Source: an uncultured Pirellulales bacterium
GTDB taxonomy: Bacteria > Planctomycetota > Phycisphaerae > Sedimentisphaerales > Anaerobacaceae
NCBI GenBank assembly: GCA_964653945.1
Contig: CAZZHL010000001.1
Span: forward strand, 1 to 34,527
DNA: 34,527 bases
Direction: 5' to 3'
Shown here piece by piece: positions 33,419-34,527 of the stretch. Made by a program: the position numbers and the translations under genes. The notes beneath the pieces were generated by a model. It ran no database searches and had not been told where the DNA came from. It worked only from the letters and a program-made list of their open reading frames with translations. How positions within the stretch are numbered: the first letter of the stretch is position 1; each line of letters starts with the position of its first letter.

Positions 33419-33688
33419 ATGGTTAAGAAGGAATATATCACAGTACCGCAGTTGGCTGAATTGCTGGGCATAAGCCGTATCGCCGCATACAAAAAGGTCA
33501 AAAGCGGCCAAATACCAGCTAAGAAAATCGGCAGAAATTACGCCATTTCCAAAAACGATATAGCACGCAGTCTGACCGGCAAAATGACCGGCAAGAGTAA
33601 AAAGCAGATTGACTCAGCAGTCAAAAAAACAGTTCAGGAATACGGCAGGGTATTGAAATGGCTTGGTAAGGAATCTCGTGCTACGTAG
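33419..33688 (+). CDS. Excisionase/MerR-type HTH DNA-binding protein, probable antitoxin for Doc
   Basis: 89 aa. ITVPQLAELLGISRIAAYKKVKSGQIPAKKIGRNYAISKNDI is an HTH_17-type motif. It lies 18 nt upstream of the Doc gene. Confidence 0.7.
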   Translation: MVKKEYITVPQLAELLGISRIAAYKKVKSGQIPAKKIGRNYAISKNDIARSLTGKMTGKSKKQIDSAVKKTVQEYGRVLKWLGKESRAT

Positions 33689-33706
33689 CACTTCGCGGAG
33701 TAGCAA

Positions 33707-34141
33707 GTGAACATCATCACCATAGAAGAAGTTGAATATATCGCTTTCAGTCTTGCGCAGGAGCACATGTTTTTTAATGAGCCGATCCCCGATTTCACGA
33801 CACGATATCCGCACATACTTGAAAGCTGCTTGGCTGTACCTTTTCAACGTTTTTCCAGAAAGGCCCTATATCCGTCGATGATATCCAAGGCAAGCATCCT
33901 TTTGTACCTGATGATTAAGAACCATCCTTTTCAAAATGGCAATAAAAGGATAGCTATAACAATGTTATTTGTATTCCTGCACAAGAACAACAAGTGGCTG
34001 GTTTTGGACCCCAAGGAGCTTTACAATTTCACTGTGTGGATTGCGCAGAGTCCGTCCAAACTTAAGGATTCTGTAGTTGCCGGTATAGAGCAGTTTATTC
34101 GGACGTATTTAGTGGACTTAAACAAAAAGCGTCGCAGGTAG
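33707..34141 (+). CDS. doc: Fic/Doc family toxin (death-on-curing type)
   Basis: 144 aa with a GTG start. HPFQNGNKRIA is the Doc variant of the Fic motif HxFx(D/N)GNKR. Confidence 0.85.
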   Translation: MNIITIEEVEYIAFSLAQEHMFFNEPIPDFTTRYPHILESCLAVPFQRFSRKALYPSMISKASILLYLMIKNHPFQNGNKRIAITMLFVFLHKNNKWLVLDPKELYNFTVWIAQSPSKLKDSVVAGIEQFIRTYLVDLNKKRRR

Positions 34142-34162
34142 ATTCCTGATGATTTATGTAGT

Positions 34163-34527
34163 TTATGCCAGCGCGCGGTTGATGTTGCTGATTGCCTCGT
34201 CGATTTCCTCGGAGCTCTTAAAGCCGATTACCACCGAGTCGAGCAAACTGCACTGCATCGCAAAGCGGATTGACTTTTCTCGCTCTTCTGGGCTGGCAAA
34301 GTCGCCCTCTCCCATAATTTTCATTCCGATGATACCGTGATTGTTTTTGCGCATAATTTTAATCTGCTTCATCACCTCGGGGACATCGGAGGCCTCGCTC
34401 CAGGCATTCCATCCCTCCGATGGTGTATCAATTTTCACGCCCTGCGGATTTATTCGCACCAGGTTCACGTCTACCCAGTCCATTTTGGCGGCGAGAGATA
34501 AGGCCGGCAAACTATGACAGGAGACGC
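34163..34527 (-). CDS. Partial gene (C-terminal part), aldo/keto-reductase-like or TIM-barrel oxidoreductase-like
   Basis: The frame stays open to the window edge (..VSCHSLPALSLAAKMDW..), so the TTG at 34510 is probably internal. The end, DSVVIGFKSSEEIDEAISNINRAL, resembles AKR C-termini. The family call is weak. Confidence 0.5.
   Translation of the reverse strand, partial: VSCHSLPALSLAAKMDWVDVNLVRINPQGVKIDTPSEGWNAWSEASDVPEVMKQIKIMRKNNHGIIGMKIMGEGDFASPEEREKSIRFAMQCSLLDSVVIGFKSSEEIDEAISNINRALA

Noticed and set aside
1-34527. The whole window as a jumbo-phage genome fragment carrying CRISPR-Cas9, an aaRS and a suppressor tRNA
   Set aside because: By eye, coding density is low, with many intergenic regions of 300-1500 nt. 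Promoters are host sigma70-type throughout. REP-like elements are shared by all regions. Typical cellular genes are present, including an orphan HAMP kinase and PEP-CTERM substrates. The idea is kept only as an alternative hypothesis in the dispersed-phage-gene finding.

Overview
Mosaic segment, probably bacterial and PVC-like. The taxon guess rests on PEP-CTERM anchors, a dockerin-like tail, near-consensus TTGACA-N17-TATAAT promoters and long structured intergenic regions. All family calls come from motif recognition by eye; no searches or folding programs were run.

Gene order, left to right:
- ParB-like gene and a small HTH gene.
- A non-canonical tRNA-like cloverleaf with a UCA anticodon loop, plus a hicBA toxin-antitoxin pair. 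Both are bracketed by a duplicated gene 3' end.
- A secreted GH5-like glycosidase.
- An intact large terminase.
- An FGE/SUMF1 protein with a PEP-CTERM anchor, a GYD protein and a hypothetical protein.
- aspS.
- A HAMP histidine kinase with a CxxCH motif.
- Three secreted or PEP-CTERM genes, two of which share a promoter and 5' leader.
- An intact portal-scaffold-capsid module.
- A tandem Fn3 protein family interrupted by an orphan 223-aa gene.
- About 0.5 kb of helically phased iteron-like repeats.
- A complete type II-C CRISPR-Cas9 locus: 17 repeats of 36 nt, an inverted cas1, cas2, cas9 and a tracrRNA.
- About 1.5 kb of mostly non-coding structured DNA.
- An HTH-Doc toxin-antitoxin pair.
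- A partial TIM-barrel gene.

Most notable observations:
1. The CRISPR locus is non-canonical. Every repeat carries a full TTGACA-N17-TACAAT promoter. cas1 is inverted and lies directly downstream of the array.
2. Intact phage packaging and head genes are dispersed among housekeeping-type genes, with no tail or lysis genes.
3. The phased iteron array lies next to the CRISPR array.
4. Several repeated structured non-coding elements are present.
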